Assembly: GCA_964658025.1 (NCBI GenBank)
Contig: CAZZXB010000025.1
Span: 6,963 to 26,090, forward strand
Source: an uncultured Janthinobacterium sp.
Lineage (GTDB): Bacteria; Vulcanimicrobiota; Vulcanimicrobiia; Vulcanimicrobiales; Vulcanimicrobiaceae
DNA: 19,128 bases
Direction of reading: 5' to 3'
Shown here in pieces: positions 1 through 9,122 of this stretch. The position numbers and the translations under genes were made by a program. Each line of letters opens with the position of its first letter. Position 1 is the stretch's first letter. Below the pieces are notes generated by a model, which was not told the origin of the DNA, did not search any database, and worked only from the letters and a program-made list of their open reading frames with translations.

Positions 1-83
1 TCCACCGCGTCGGCGATCGCGCGCTCGTCGAGTTCGCGCATCGCCTCGGCGAGATCCACGTGAAGTTCGCGACCTCGCGCTGA
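1..83 (+). CDS. 3' end of an upstream gene (partial), product unknown
   Basis: Frame from nt 3 reads HRVGDRALVEFAHRLGEIHVKFATSR-TGA(81-83) with GC-rich third positions and ends 10 nt before the next start. Confidence 0.5.
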   Translation, partial: HRVGDRALVEFAHRLGEIHVKFATSR

Positions 84-93
84 TGCGGTTGCG

Positions 94-840
94 TTGACGG
101 CCGCAGCCGGACTGCCGATCGGGCATCTCGAGTTCGCGCTTCGTCTCCTCGCCGCGCTCGCGCTCGGATCGATCGTCGGGCTCGAACGCCAATGGCGTAA
201 TCGGATGGCGGGCCTGCGCACGAACGCGCTCGTCGCCACGGGGACCGCGCTCTTCGTCATGCTCACCCCGCTGATCGGCGGCGGTGCGAATCCGACGCAG
301 ATCCCCGCGTACATCATCTCCGGCATCGGCTTCCTCGCCGGCGGCGTGATCTTCAAGGAGCGCCTCAGCGTGAGCGGGCTCAACACGGCCGCGACGCTCT
401 GGTGCACGGCCGCGATCGGGGTGCTCGTCGGCGACGGGTTCGTCATCGAGGCGGCGATCGGAACGGCCGCCATCCTCGTCGCGAACGTCGTCTTACGTCC
501 GGTCGTCCGCCGCATAAACTTGCGTTCGTCGGCCGCCGACGAGATCGTCTCGAGTTACGAGATCATCGCCGCGTGCGCCGCCGACGTGGAAGAGCGCGTC
601 CGCGCGACCACGATCGCCGCGATCCGCGGGGCGAAGATGACGCTCACCGCCGTCTACACCGAAGACGTCGAGAACACCGAGCGCGTCGCGGTGACCGCCG
701 ACGTCACGGTCGTCGGCCGCCCGGACGCGGAACTCGAACGCATCGTGAAACGCGTCGGCATCGAACCGGGCGTCGTCGCGGTGAGCTGGCGCATCGTCCC
801 GACGACCGAAGACGAACGCGAACTCGTCCCGGAAACCTGA
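94..840 (+). CDS. mgtC: MgtC/SapB family membrane protein
   Basis: Motifs GLERQ..AGLRTNALV, ISGIGFLAGGVI and GLNTAATLWCTAAIG; hydrophobic N-terminal half plus an ACT-like C-terminal domain. The TTG start is uncertain. Confidence 0.88.
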   Translation: MTAAAGLPIGHLEFALRLLAALALGSIVGLERQWRNRMAGLRTNALVATGTALFVMLTPLIGGGANPTQIPAYIISGIGFLAGGVIFKERLSVSGLNTAATLWCTAAIGVLVGDGFVIEAAIGTAAILVANVVLRPVVRRINLRSSAADEIVSSYEIIAACAADVEERVRATTIAAIRGAKMTLTAVYTEDVENTERVAVTADVTVVGRPDAELERIVKRVGIEPGVVAVSWRIVPTTEDERELVPET

Positions 841-1013
841 TCGCACGGCCGCGCGACGTTCCGGCGAACGGCGCGGGTTCGCTCGGCGGCACGATTCTCG
901 GCAACCGAACGTATCGAACGCCGGTCGTCTACGGCGGATCGCCGGCGTGTAGAGGCATACGAAGCACGCGCGGGTTCGACGACGTCGACGCATCCGTCGC
1001 TTCGGATCGCGAG

Positions 1014-3065
1014 TTACGTCCCGACGAGTTCCTTGAGCGCGTGCTCGAAGATCTTCGGGGCTTTGCCGCCGAACAGTAACGACTCGTTGCCGCCGAGTTG
1101 GCGGCGCAGTTCGATGAGCTCGTCGCGGAGCGCGGCGGCCTTTTCGAATTCGAGATTGCCCGCGGCCTCTTTCATCTTCTTCTCGATCTCGTTCGTCATC
1201 GCGAGCGCGACCTCGCGCGGGAGCTTCTCCGAACGCAGCTTCTCGGCCGTCGTGCGATCCTCGGCACCGGCGACGAGATCGAGGATGTCGCGGACTTCCT
1301 TACGGACCGAACGCGGTTCGATGCCGTGTTCCGCGTTGAACGCGAGCTGTTTGTCGCGACGGCGCTGCGTCTCGCCGATCGCCTTCGCCATCGATTCCGT
1401 GATGACGTCGGCGTACATGAGGACCTTGCCCTCGACGTTGCGCGCGGCGCGGCCGATCGTCTGGATGAGCGACGTGCCGCTGCGCAGGTAGCCTTCCTTA
1501 TCGGCGTCGAGGATGCCGACGAGCGAGACCTCGGGGAGATCGAGCCCTTCGCGCAAGAGATTGATGCCGACGAGCACGTCGAAGATGCCCTTGCGCAGGT
1601 CGCGCAGGATCGCGATCCGCTCGAGCGTCTCGACCTCGCTGTGGAGGTAACGCACCTTGAAGCCGTTCTCGAGTAAGAAGTCGGTAAGGTCTTCGGCCAT
1701 CTTCTTCGTGAGCGTCGTGACGAGCACGCGCTCGTCGCGCTCGACGCGCAGGCGGATCTCTTCCATCAGGTCGTCGACCTGATTCTTCGTCGGCCGGACC
1801 TCGACTTCGGGATCGACGAGACCCGTCGGCCGGATGATCATCTCCGCGACCTGCGCGGAGCGCGAGAGTTCGAACGTCGACGGCGTGGCGCTCACGTAGA
1901 CGACCTGATTGAGATGCTTCGCGAACTCGTCGAAGGTGAGCGGCCGGTTGTCCATCGCGCTCGGCAGACGGAAGCCGTGCTCGACGAGGATCTCCTTGCG
2001 CGAGCGATCGCCCGCGTACATCCCGTGGACCTGCGGGATCGAGACGTGCGACTCGTCGACGAAGAGCATCCAGTCCTTCGGAAAGAAGTCGAGCAGGCAC
2101 GACGGCGTCGCGCCCGCCTCGCGTCCCGCGAGATGGCGGCTGTAGTTCTCGACGCCGTTGCAGTACCCGACTTCGCGGAGCATGTCGAGGTCGTAGCGCG
2201 TCCGCATCTCGAGCCGCTGCGCTTCGAGTAACTTGCCGTTGTCCTTGAAAAATTTCAGACGCTCGTCGAGTTCGATCTCGATCGCGGTGATCGCGCGTCG
2301 CAGCTTTTCGTCGGGCGTGATGAAGTGCTTCGCCGGGAAGATCGTGACCGCGTCTTTCGACTCGACGTACTCGCCCGTGAGCAGGTTGACGACGTTGATC
2401 GCTTCGATCTCGTCGCCGAAGAACTCGATCCGATGGACGAGCTCTTCCTCGACGCCGACGAATTCGAGCGTATCGCCGCGGACGCGGAACGTCCCGCGCA
2501 CGAGGTTGAGATCGTTACGCCGGTACTGCATGTCGACGAGCCGCCGCAGGAAGACGTCGCGATCGATCTCCTGACCGATCTTCACCGGGAGCGACATCTC
2601 CATGTAGTCGGCGGGCGAACCCAAACCGTAGATGCACGAGACCGACGCGACGATCAGCGTGTCGGGCCGCGTGAGCAACGATTGCGTCGCCGCGTGGCGC
2701 AGGCGCTCGATCTCGTCGTTGATCGAGCTGTCCTTCTCGATGTACGTATCGGTGTGCGCGATGTACGCCTCGGGCTGATAGTAATCGAAGTACGAGACGA
2801 AAAACTCGACCGCGTTCTCCGGAAAGAAATCGCGGAACTCGGCGCAGAGCTGCGCGGCGAGCGTCTTGTTGTGGCAGAGCACGAGCGTCGGTTTCTGGAT
2901 CTGCTCGACGATCCGCGCCATCGCCATCGTCTTCCCCGAGCCCGTCACGCCGAGGAGCGTCTGCGCCTTGTCGCCGCGCGCGATCCCGGCCGCGATCTTA
3001 TCCGTCGCCGCCGGCTGGTCGCCCGCGAGCGAGTAGGGAGAGACGAGCTTGAAGCGGTCCGACAT
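1014..3065 (-). CDS. uvrB: Excinuclease ABC subunit B
   Basis: Walker [19 protein letters not shown] beta-hairpin, [27 protein letters not shown] and a C-terminal UVR coiled coil ([11 protein letters not shown]). Start placed at ATG 3065 (MSDRFKL), preceded by GGGGGTAGGA; 683 aa. Confidence 0.98.
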   Translation of the reverse strand: MSDRFKLVSPYSLAGDQPAATDKIAAGIARGDKAQTLLGVTGSGKTMAMARIVEQIQKPTLVLCHNKTLAAQLCAEFRDFFPENAVEFFVSYFDYYQPEAYIAHTDTYIEKDSSINDEIERLRHAATQSLLTRPDTLIVASVSCIYGLGSPADYMEMSLPVKIGQEIDRDVFLRRLVDMQYRRNDLNLVRGTFRVRGDTLEFVGVEEELVHRIEFFGDEIEAINVVNLLTGEYVESKDAVTIFPAKHFITPDEKLRRAITAIEIELDERLKFFKDNGKLLEAQRLEMRTRYDLDMLREVGYCNGVENYSRHLAGREAGATPSCLLDFFPKDWMLFVDESHVSIPQVHGMYAGDRSRKEILVEHGFRLPSAMDNRPLTFDEFAKHLNQVVYVSATPSTFELSRSAQVAEMIIRPTGLVDPEVEVRPTKNQVDDLMEEIRLRVERDERVLVTTLTKKMAEDLTDFLLENGFKVRYLHSEVETLERIAILRDLRKGIFDVLVGINLLREGLDLPEVSLVGILDADKEGYLRSGTSLIQTIGRAARNVEGKVLMYADVITESMAKAIGETQRRRDKQLAFNAEHGIEPRSVRKEVRDILDLVAGAEDRTTAEKLRSEKLPREVALAMTNEIEKKMKEAAGNLEFEKAAALRDELIELRRQLGGNESLLFGGKAPKIFEHALKELVGT

Positions 3066-3166
3066 GTCCCCGTTCCTACCCCCGAAAGCCGCGCACCGTT
3101 TCAGCTCTGGGGGCGATACGCCCACGGCGACCGAGCCGCCGTCGGCGAGCCCGTCTACGATCGCGC

Positions 3167-3198
3167 ATCCGGAAACGTTTCATAACGAAGTTTCGGAT
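3167..3198. promoter_or_regulatory. Palindromic AT-rich element upstream of uvrB (candidate operator)
   Basis: Perfect palindrome GAAACGTTTC (3172-3181) overlapping the left arm of the inverted repeat ATCCGGAAAC...GTTTCGGAT (3167-3198), in an AT-rich intergenic patch. Confidence 0.35.
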
Positions 3199-3237
3199 TG
3201 CGGCGATTTCTACGAGAACGCGACCGTTCGACGAGCC

Positions 3238-3792
3238 TTACCAGCCCGGATCCGACGCGCACGCTTTTTTCTTTTGGATGAGGCGGGCGAGGCAGCCGCC
3301 CGCGTCCCAGTCGCCGCGTTCCATCGCCTGGACGTCGCCCTTGTAGCCGACGTTCATCTCGCTCGTCACCTTACCCGTGCGCACGTCGACGATCGAAAAA
3401 TCGGTGCCCCAGATGACGGCCATCGCGCGCGTTACCGAGCCCATCACGACGGTGTCGGCGCCGACGGCGCGCCCGATCCGTCGCGCGCAATCGGCGACGA
3501 CGCAGGCCCGGATCGGCGCCGTCTGATCGAACCCCGCCGCGGAGACGGCGGGCGCGACGCGGTCGATGCGGATCACGGAGACGCCGCGCGACCGCAGCCC
3601 CGCGCCGACCTCGGTCGTCATGATCTTGAGCTCGGCGGGCGTAGGGAGGAGCCCGTACGGCACGTTCGGATCGGCCGCGGCCATCGGGAGGACGGCGATC
3701 GTCGGATGCGTCGTCTCCGCGACGAGCGGAACGGGCGCGAACGCGAACGCCGCGACGAGCGCGAGAACGGAACCGAGCTTGACTGCGAGCAT
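3238..3792 (-). CDS. Exported protein, DUF3280/DUF2380-like (CsgG/TolB-N-like fold)
   Basis: GGAGG lies 5 nt before ATG 3792. Signal peptide MLAVKLGSVLALVAAFAFAPVPLVA, then IAVLP and C-x4-C-ARRIGRAVGADTVVMGSV...IVDVRTGK; 184 aa. Confidence 0.7.
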   Translation of the reverse strand: MLAVKLGSVLALVAAFAFAPVPLVAETTHPTIAVLPMAAADPNVPYGLLPTPAELKIMTTEVGAGLRSRGVSVIRIDRVAPAVSAAGFDQTAPIRACVVADCARRIGRAVGADTVVMGSVTRAMAVIWGTDFSIVDVRTGKVTSEMNVGYKGDVQAMERGDWDAGGCLARLIQKKKACASDPGW

Positions 3793-3942
3793 GAAAACCT
3801 CCGAACGTCCTTTCGCTATACCCGCGCGGGGCAGGTCCCGTCGCCCGAACCCGCGCGAACCGAATTCCGACGGCCCGACCGCCGAGGCGTCTTCCGGCAC
3901 TCCCCTGGGCGACCGGCGGCGGATCGGCACGACGATGGGGTG

Positions 3943-5291
3943 CTACGTCGGCGCGAGGACGCGCTGCTCGTAGCGCACGAGCGGCAGACGGATCGTGAAC
4001 GTCGATCCCGCATGCGGGCTCGTGGCGAGCACGATCGACCCGCCCGCCCGCTCGACCGCGCGCTTCGCGATCGCGAGACCGAGACCCGAGCCGTCGACGT
4101 CGCGTCGCGAGCCGCGGTAGAACCGATCGAACACGAGCGCCTGTTCCGCGGGCGCGAGCCCGGGCCCGTCGTCGGCGACCGAGACGAGCGCGTTCGCGCC
4201 GTCGGCGCGGACGACCACGACGACCGCGCCGCGCGTGTATTTCAGCGCGTTGTCGACGAGGTTCGTCACGGCGTACGCGAGATCGCTCGGATCGATCGCG
4301 ACGAGGACCTCGGCCGACGCCTCGACGCGCACCGCGCGCGACGGATTCGCCTCGGCGAGCGGCGACGCGACGTCGTCGACGAGCCGCGCGACGTCGATCG
4401 GCTCGGGCGCGAGCGACGCACCCGAACGCTCCCAGCGATCGAGTAACATCAACTTGTCGATGAGCGACGCCATGAGCGAGCCCTGGCGATTCATCGTCTC
4501 GAGGATGCGATCGCGATCTTCCGGCGTCCGCAGATCGCCCTTCCGCAAGATCGCGATGAAGCCGCGGATCACCGTGAGCGGCGTGCGCAGTTGGTGGCCG
4601 GCGTCGGCGATGAATTGGCGGATCGCGGCGTTCGCGCGATCGCGTTCGGCGAACGCGCGTTCCACCTCGTCGATCGCGCCGTTGAACGCGACGGCGAGAT
4701 CGCCGAACTCGCCCTTCCCCGCGATCTCGACCGGGCTCGGCGTGAGATCGCCCGCGGCGAAGCGCTCGAGCGAACGCTGGACGTCCAAGAGCGGGCGGAT
4801 GGCCTGGCGCACGAGCGCGCGCGAGAGCGCGAGCGCCGCGAGCAACGCGAGCCCGAGCGCGAGCGTCACCGGCAACACGAACGACGACGCGGTCGCGACG
4901 AGCACGGGTTCGTTCTCGCGCACGATGACGTCGACGCGCCCGACGTGACTCTTCGTGAAGTGCAGACCGAACGCGGTCGCGAGCCCGTCGATCGCGGAGA
5001 CGAACGGGCCCGCGGCGCGCGGATCGTTCGGGACGTCGCCGCGATGTTGGATGCGGAGCGTCGCGGCGGAATCGGCGTGATGCGCGCGCGAGACGGAGAC
5101 GCGGAAATCTCGCCGCGCGTTCCGGCGAGCCCGCCGACGATCTGCGCGAGCGTCGCCGTCGTTTCCGCCTCGACCGAGCTCACGTACGACCCGAACGCGA
5201 AGAGCGCGCCCGCGAAGATGAGCAGCGCGAGCACCGAGGCGATCTCGAACCACAGCAGGGCGAGGAGGCGTCGCGCGAAGCCCGCGCTCAC
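3943..5291 (-). pseudogene. HAMP-containing sensor histidine kinase with a frameshift near 5110
   Basis: GTG 5291 overlaps the regulator stop (GTGA) and gives TM1 (RRLLALLWFEIASVLALLIFAGALFAFG). TM2, HAMP, H-box DAGHQLRTPL, N-box NLVDNALKY, DDGPG and GSGLGLAI are in a different frame. Codon quality switches frame at about 5105-5115. Confidence 0.8.
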
Positions 5292-5977
5292 GCCGGTAGC
5301 GCGCGCAACGTGTAGCCGACGCCGCGTAGCGTCTGGATCAATTTCACGGACTCGCCGCTGTCGAGCTTCGCGCGCAGGTACGACACGTAGGTCTCGACGG
5401 TATTGGGAACGACGTCGCGATCGACGCCCCAGACGAGATCGAGTAGTTGCGCGCGCGTGTACACGTGCTCGGGATTGCGCACGAACGTGAGTAAGAGATC
5501 GAACTCGCGCGTCGAGAGTTCGATCCGTCGACTCCCGCGATGCACGCTCCGACGCGCGATGTCGATCGCGAGATCGGCATACGTAAAGGTCTGTCGCATC
5601 TCCATGCGCGGGCGGCGCAGCGCCGAATGCAACCGTGCGATCAGTTCTTCGAGTTCGAACGGCTTCCCGACGTAATCGTCCGCACCGCGCGAGAGACCGG
5701 CGACCTTCTCGGCCGTCTCCGTGCGCGCGCTCAGCATGACGATCGGCGCGTCGGTGAGTCGTCGCAATCCGGGCAGGAGCGTGAAGCCGTCGATCTCGGG
5801 GAGCATCACGTCGAGGACGATCACCTCGGGCGACCACGCGCGCACCGATTCGAGCGCGTCGCGCGCGTCGACGGCCGTACGGACCGCGAAGCCCGCCTGG
5901 CCGAGCCCGTACTCGAGAACCTCACGAATGGCCGCCTCGTCGTCCACGACGAGCACGCGCGCGCCTTGCGTCTCCAC
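5288..5977 (-). CDS. OmpR/PhoB-family response regulator (MprA-like)
   Basis: VLVVDDE, phosphoacceptor LDVMLP, GADDYVGKPF and winged helix VETYVSYLRAKL..IQTLRGVGY. Start placed at GTG 5977; 229 aa. Confidence 0.93.
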   Translation of the reverse strand: METQGARVLVVDDEAAIREVLEYGLGQAGFAVRTAVDARDALESVRAWSPEVIVLDVMLPEIDGFTLLPGLRRLTDAPIVMLSARTETAEKVAGLSRGADDYVGKPFELEELIARLHSALRRPRMEMRQTFTYADLAIDIARRSVHRGSRRIELSTREFDLLLTFVRNPEHVYTRAQLLDLVWGVDRDVVPNTVETYVSYLRAKLDSGESVKLIQTLRGVGYTLRALPA

Positions 5978-5983
5978 GACGAT

Positions 5984-6012
5984 AGTATAACCGCAATCTT
6001 TACGATCGTCAG
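5984..6012 (-). promoter_or_regulatory. sigma70-type promoter for the response regulator, probably leaderless
   Basis: Minus strand reads CTGACG-N17-TATACT-N6-GTG(5977), with no SD between the -10 box and the start codon. Confidence 0.6.
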
Positions 6013-6140
6013 GCATTTCGGGCGGCGGCGGGATTCGCGACGCTCGGTCGGATCGAAAACGCACGATCTTTACGCGGGATCTGCTGGTTTTCACGGTTAC
6101 CGACCGGGACGGATCCCGGCTTTCTGCCCCATCGGACACC

Positions 6141-6168
6141 TTGATTTCGGGATCGCGTGCGCTAAACT
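6141..6168 (+). promoter_or_regulatory. Candidate sigma70-type promoter for the divergent gene
   Basis: TTGATT(6141-6146)-N16-TAAACT(6163-6168) in an AT-rich intergenic stretch. Confidence 0.45.
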
Positions 6169-6255
6169 AAATCCCTATTCGCGTTCGCCGCGTTCTTTAC
6201 GAACGTGTCGAAATTGTTTGCCGGACGGAGGCGCGAGCCGTCCCCAGGAGACGTT

Positions 6256-7248
6256 GTGGGAGCATCCTTCGAACGGGCGCGAATCCGTCGCCTCGCCTCG
6301 GGCAACGGTCGCGGGCGACCGCTCGCGCGTCTCCGGACCGCCGCCGCCTACGCGGTCGCGAAGATCCGTTCGTGGCCCGCGTCCGCGCTCGTGATCGCAC
6401 TCGTCCTCTTCTGCTTCAGCTACCTGTTCGTTCTGCAACGCTTCGTGCCGACGGACGACGACGCGGCCGATCAAGACCAGGCGGTGGCGGTCGCGCCGCC
6501 CGACGCGGGTCGCTCGTCGGCGCTTTCGGCGAACGTCGCCGCACCGACGTCGGCACCGGCCGTCCCGGCTCGCCGGAACGAACCGAGCGCGCCGCGCGTG
6601 GCCGCCGCCAAACCGAATACCGATCGCCCGGCGCACGTCGCCGCGCCGCAGTTCCAGTTCGTCGCCGCGACGCAACCGAAACGCGTCCCCGCGCCCGGAC
6701 ACGCGGCTCCGGCGGCACCCGAGCACGTCGCCGCGGCCGCGCGCGGCGCCTCCGCGACCGCGCCGAACCGCGAGGCGGTCCGCGCATCGAAACCGGTCGC
6801 GACGGTCGCGCACGTCCCGGCCGCGGCCGACGTCGAGGTCGCGTACCAGTCGGTCGACGACGACGTCGCGACGTCCTCGCGATCCGGCGCGGCGTTCGCG
6901 TACGAAGGGAAGTGGAAAAACGTGCGGGTCGCCGACGGCCGGAGCGGTGCGTCGAGCACGCGGAGCTTCCACACGGGCGACGTCGCGACGATGCACTTCG
7001 ACGGACGCCTCGTTCGCATCTACGGCGTGACGGGACCGACGGGCGGCGCGGCGTCGATCGCGATCGACGGAAGGGTCGTCGGCGTCGGGAGCTTCTACAC
7101 GCCGAAGAAGAGCGTCGACGCGCTCGTCTTCCAGAGCTCCACCCTCCCGGCCGGGGAGCATACGGTTACCGTGACCGTGGAGGCGCCGTCGCCGCAAGCC
7201 CCGCGCCGCCACTTCGTCAACATCGACGGCGCTTCGTACTCGAAGTAA
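6256..7248 (+). CDS. Membrane-anchored protein with Pro/Ala-rich stalk and C-terminal galactose-binding/CBM-like beta-sandwich
   Basis: AGGAG lies 5 nt before GTG 6256 (alternative start 6205). Basic N-terminus, one TM helix (ALVIALVLFCFSYLFVL), a P/A linker, then VDD..FAYEGKW..GDVATMHFDG..YGVTGPTGG.ASIAIDG..LPAGEHTVTVTV..FVNID. Confidence 0.7.
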   Translation: MGASFERARIRRLASGNGRGRPLARLRTAAAYAVAKIRSWPASALVIALVLFCFSYLFVLQRFVPTDDDAADQDQAVAVAPPDAGRSSALSANVAAPTSAPAVPARRNEPSAPRVAAAKPNTDRPAHVAAPQFQFVAATQPKRVPAPGHAAPAAPEHVAAAARGASATAPNREAVRASKPVATVAHVPAAADVEVAYQSVDDDVATSSRSGAAFAYEGKWKNVRVADGRSGASSTRSFHTGDVATMHFDGRLVRIYGVTGPTGGAASIAIDGRVVGVGSFYTPKKSVDALVFQSSTLPAGEHTVTVTVEAPSPQAPRRHFVNIDGASYSK

Positions 7249-7358
7249 TCGGCCGAGCGCGCGAGCCCCTCGCGGTGCGGGGGAACCGCGTGCCGCCGCG
7301 GAACGGACCCGGAAACGCCTATCGTCGCGAGACTTCGGTCTCCCCGGAGGTCGGTTGG

Positions 7359-8399
7359 ATGTCCGTTCACCAGAAGCCGTTGCTCTTCAGCGGCAACTCG
7401 AATATCGATCTCGCGCGCGAGATCGCCCAGCGCATGGACACGCGTCTGGGAAGCGCGCTCGTCGACAAATTCAAGAACGAAGAGTGCCGGATCGAGATCC
7501 GCGAGAACGTCCGCGGCGCGGAAGTGTTCGTGATCCAATCGGTCTGCCGCGCGCCCAACGGTAATTCCGTCAACGATTCGCTGATGGAACTCCTCATCAT
7601 GATCGACGCGCTCCGCCGGGCGTCGGCGTATCGCATCACGGCGGTCGTTCCGTATTACGGCTACGCGAAACAGGACAAGAAGAGTAAGGGCCGCGAGCCG
7701 ATCTCGGCCAAGCTCGTCGCGAACCTCATCGAGAAGGCGGGCGCGGCGCGCCTCGTCACGCTCGACCTCCACGCGGCGCAGATCCAGGGGTTTTTCGATC
7801 TTCCGGTCGACAATCTGCTCGCGACGCCGACGCTCTGCTCGCACCTCAAAGCGCAGGGGCTCGAGGGCGAGAAGATCGTCGTCGTCTCCCCCGACGCGGG
7901 GGGCGTGCCGCGGGCCGAAAATTTCGCGAAACGTCTGCGCGCCTCGCTCGCGATCGTCTTCAAGCGTCGCCCCGAGCCCGACGTCTCCGAGGTCACCGAG
8001 ATCGTCGGCGACGTTAGCGGTAAGATCGCGGTCGTCGTGGACGATATGATCTCGACCGGCGGCACGCTCGCGAAGGCGGCCGAGGCGCTCAAGAAACGCG
8101 GCGCGACGGCCGTCTACACGTGCGCCACCCACGGCATCTTCGCGGGGGACGCCGTGCGGGTGCTCGCGGAGTCGCCGATCGAGAAGATCATCGTCACGAA
8201 CACCGTGCCGAACATCGAACCGCTCCTCGGCCCGAAATTCAAAGTTCTTTCCATCGCACAGATTCTCGCGGATGCGATCAAGCGCATCACGGCGAACCGT
8301 TCCGTTTCGGAACTCTTCACCAAAGACGACGAGCAGCCGGCCGTGCCGGCCCTCACGCTGCCGGACATCTTGACACCGGCTTCCTCGGCGACGGGGTAG
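7359..8399 (+). CDS. prs: Ribose-phosphate pyrophosphokinase
   Basis: GGAGG 7346-7350 then ATG 7359. Motifs LFSGNSN, PYYGYAKQDKK, DLHAAQIQGFF, VSPDAGG and VDDMISTGGT; 346 aa. Confidence 0.97.
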   Translation: MSVHQKPLLFSGNSNIDLAREIAQRMDTRLGSALVDKFKNEECRIEIRENVRGAEVFVIQSVCRAPNGNSVNDSLMELLIMIDALRRASAYRITAVVPYYGYAKQDKKSKGREPISAKLVANLIEKAGAARLVTLDLHAAQIQGFFDLPVDNLLATPTLCSHLKAQGLEGEKIVVVSPDAGGVPRAENFAKRLRASLAIVFKRRPEPDVSEVTEIVGDVSGKIAVVVDDMISTGGTLAKAAEALKKRGATAVYTCATHGIFAGDAVRVLAESPIEKIIVTNTVPNIEPLLGPKFKVLSIAQILADAIKRITANRSVSELFTKDDEQPAVPALTLPDILTPASSATG

Positions 8400-8414
8400 A
8401 AACGAACAGCAACC

Positions 8415-9122
8415 ATGGCAACACTCGATAAGACCCTCGCCGTCGTGTCGCGCGAGAAAACCGGAACGACCTCGGCCCACGCCGTCCGCCGCGCCGGCCA
8501 CGTGCCGGGGATCATCTTCGGACACGGCTCGGAGCCCAAGGCCGTCGCGCTCGACGCGAAGGCCTTCGACGAGCTCATCCATCTGGGCGGCAAGAACGCG
8601 CTCCTGACGGTCACGATCGACGGCGGCGGTCGCGATACGGCGCTCGTCCGCGAGGTCCAGCGCGATCCGATCACGCGTCGCGTGCTGCACGTCGACCTCC
8701 AGCGCGTCCGCGCGACCGAGGAGATCTCGGCCTCGCTCCCCGTCGTCACGATCGGCGTCGCCGACGGCGTGAAGAACGCGGACGGCGTGCTCGATCTCGT
8801 GCTCCACACGATCGACGTCAAGGGCCCGGCGAACGCGCTGCCCGAGCACATCGAGGTCCCGGTCGAGCATCTCGGCATCCACGAAAAGATCACGGCCGGC
8901 GACGTGAAGCTGCCCGCGAGACTCACGCTCGACATGGATCCGGCGACGATCCTGATCTCGCTCGAGCCCTCGAAGGTCGCGGAGCAAGCCGCCGAAGACG
9001 AAGTCACGCTCGCGGAGCAAGCCGCGGAAGCGGCGGCCGTCGCCGCGGCGGAGACGCCGGCCGAGGAAGAGACCCCGGCCGAAGGCGAGACCGCGGACGA
9101 CGACGCCACGGAGAAGGGCTAA
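8415..9122 (+). CDS. rplY: 50S ribosomal protein L25 / general stress protein Ctc
   Basis: RRAGHVPGIIFG, VQRDPITRRVLHVDL, a C-terminal Ctc domain (LPEHIEV) and an acidic tail. Sits in the canonical prs-rplY-pth context. Confidence 0.95.
   Translation: MATLDKTLAVVSREKTGTTSAHAVRRAGHVPGIIFGHGSEPKAVALDAKAFDELIHLGGKNALLTVTIDGGGRDTALVREVQRDPITRRVLHVDLQRVRATEEISASLPVVTIGVADGVKNADGVLDLVLHTIDVKGPANALPEHIEVPVEHLGIHEKITAGDVKLPARLTLDMDPATILISLEPSKVAEQAAEDEVTLAEQAAEAAAVAAAETPAEEETPAEGETADDDATEKG

Noticed and set aside
1..83. Resemblance of HRVGDRALVEFAHRL to the GGDEF pre-motif helix
   Set aside because: The preceding codon cannot be Gly, no GGDEF motif follows before the stop, and the fragment is too short.
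918..948. Hairpin ACGCCGG..CCGGCGT between the convergent mgtC and uvrB
   Set aside because: It has no U-tract on either strand, and short GC stems are common by chance, so it cannot be called a terminator.
3263..3276. T-rich run resembling a terminator tail
   Set aside because: It lies within the minus-strand CDS and encodes QKKKA.
6372..7358. Apparent 675 aa N-terminally extended Prs
   Set aside because: The extension is an off-frame read of the CBM-like gene. A clear GGAGG plus ATG 7359 marks the true start.
8980..9119. Repetitive acidic L25 tail (AEQAAE x2, ETPAE x2)
   Set aside because: Low-complexity acidic tails are ordinary for Ctc-type L25. This is not a DNA repeat element.
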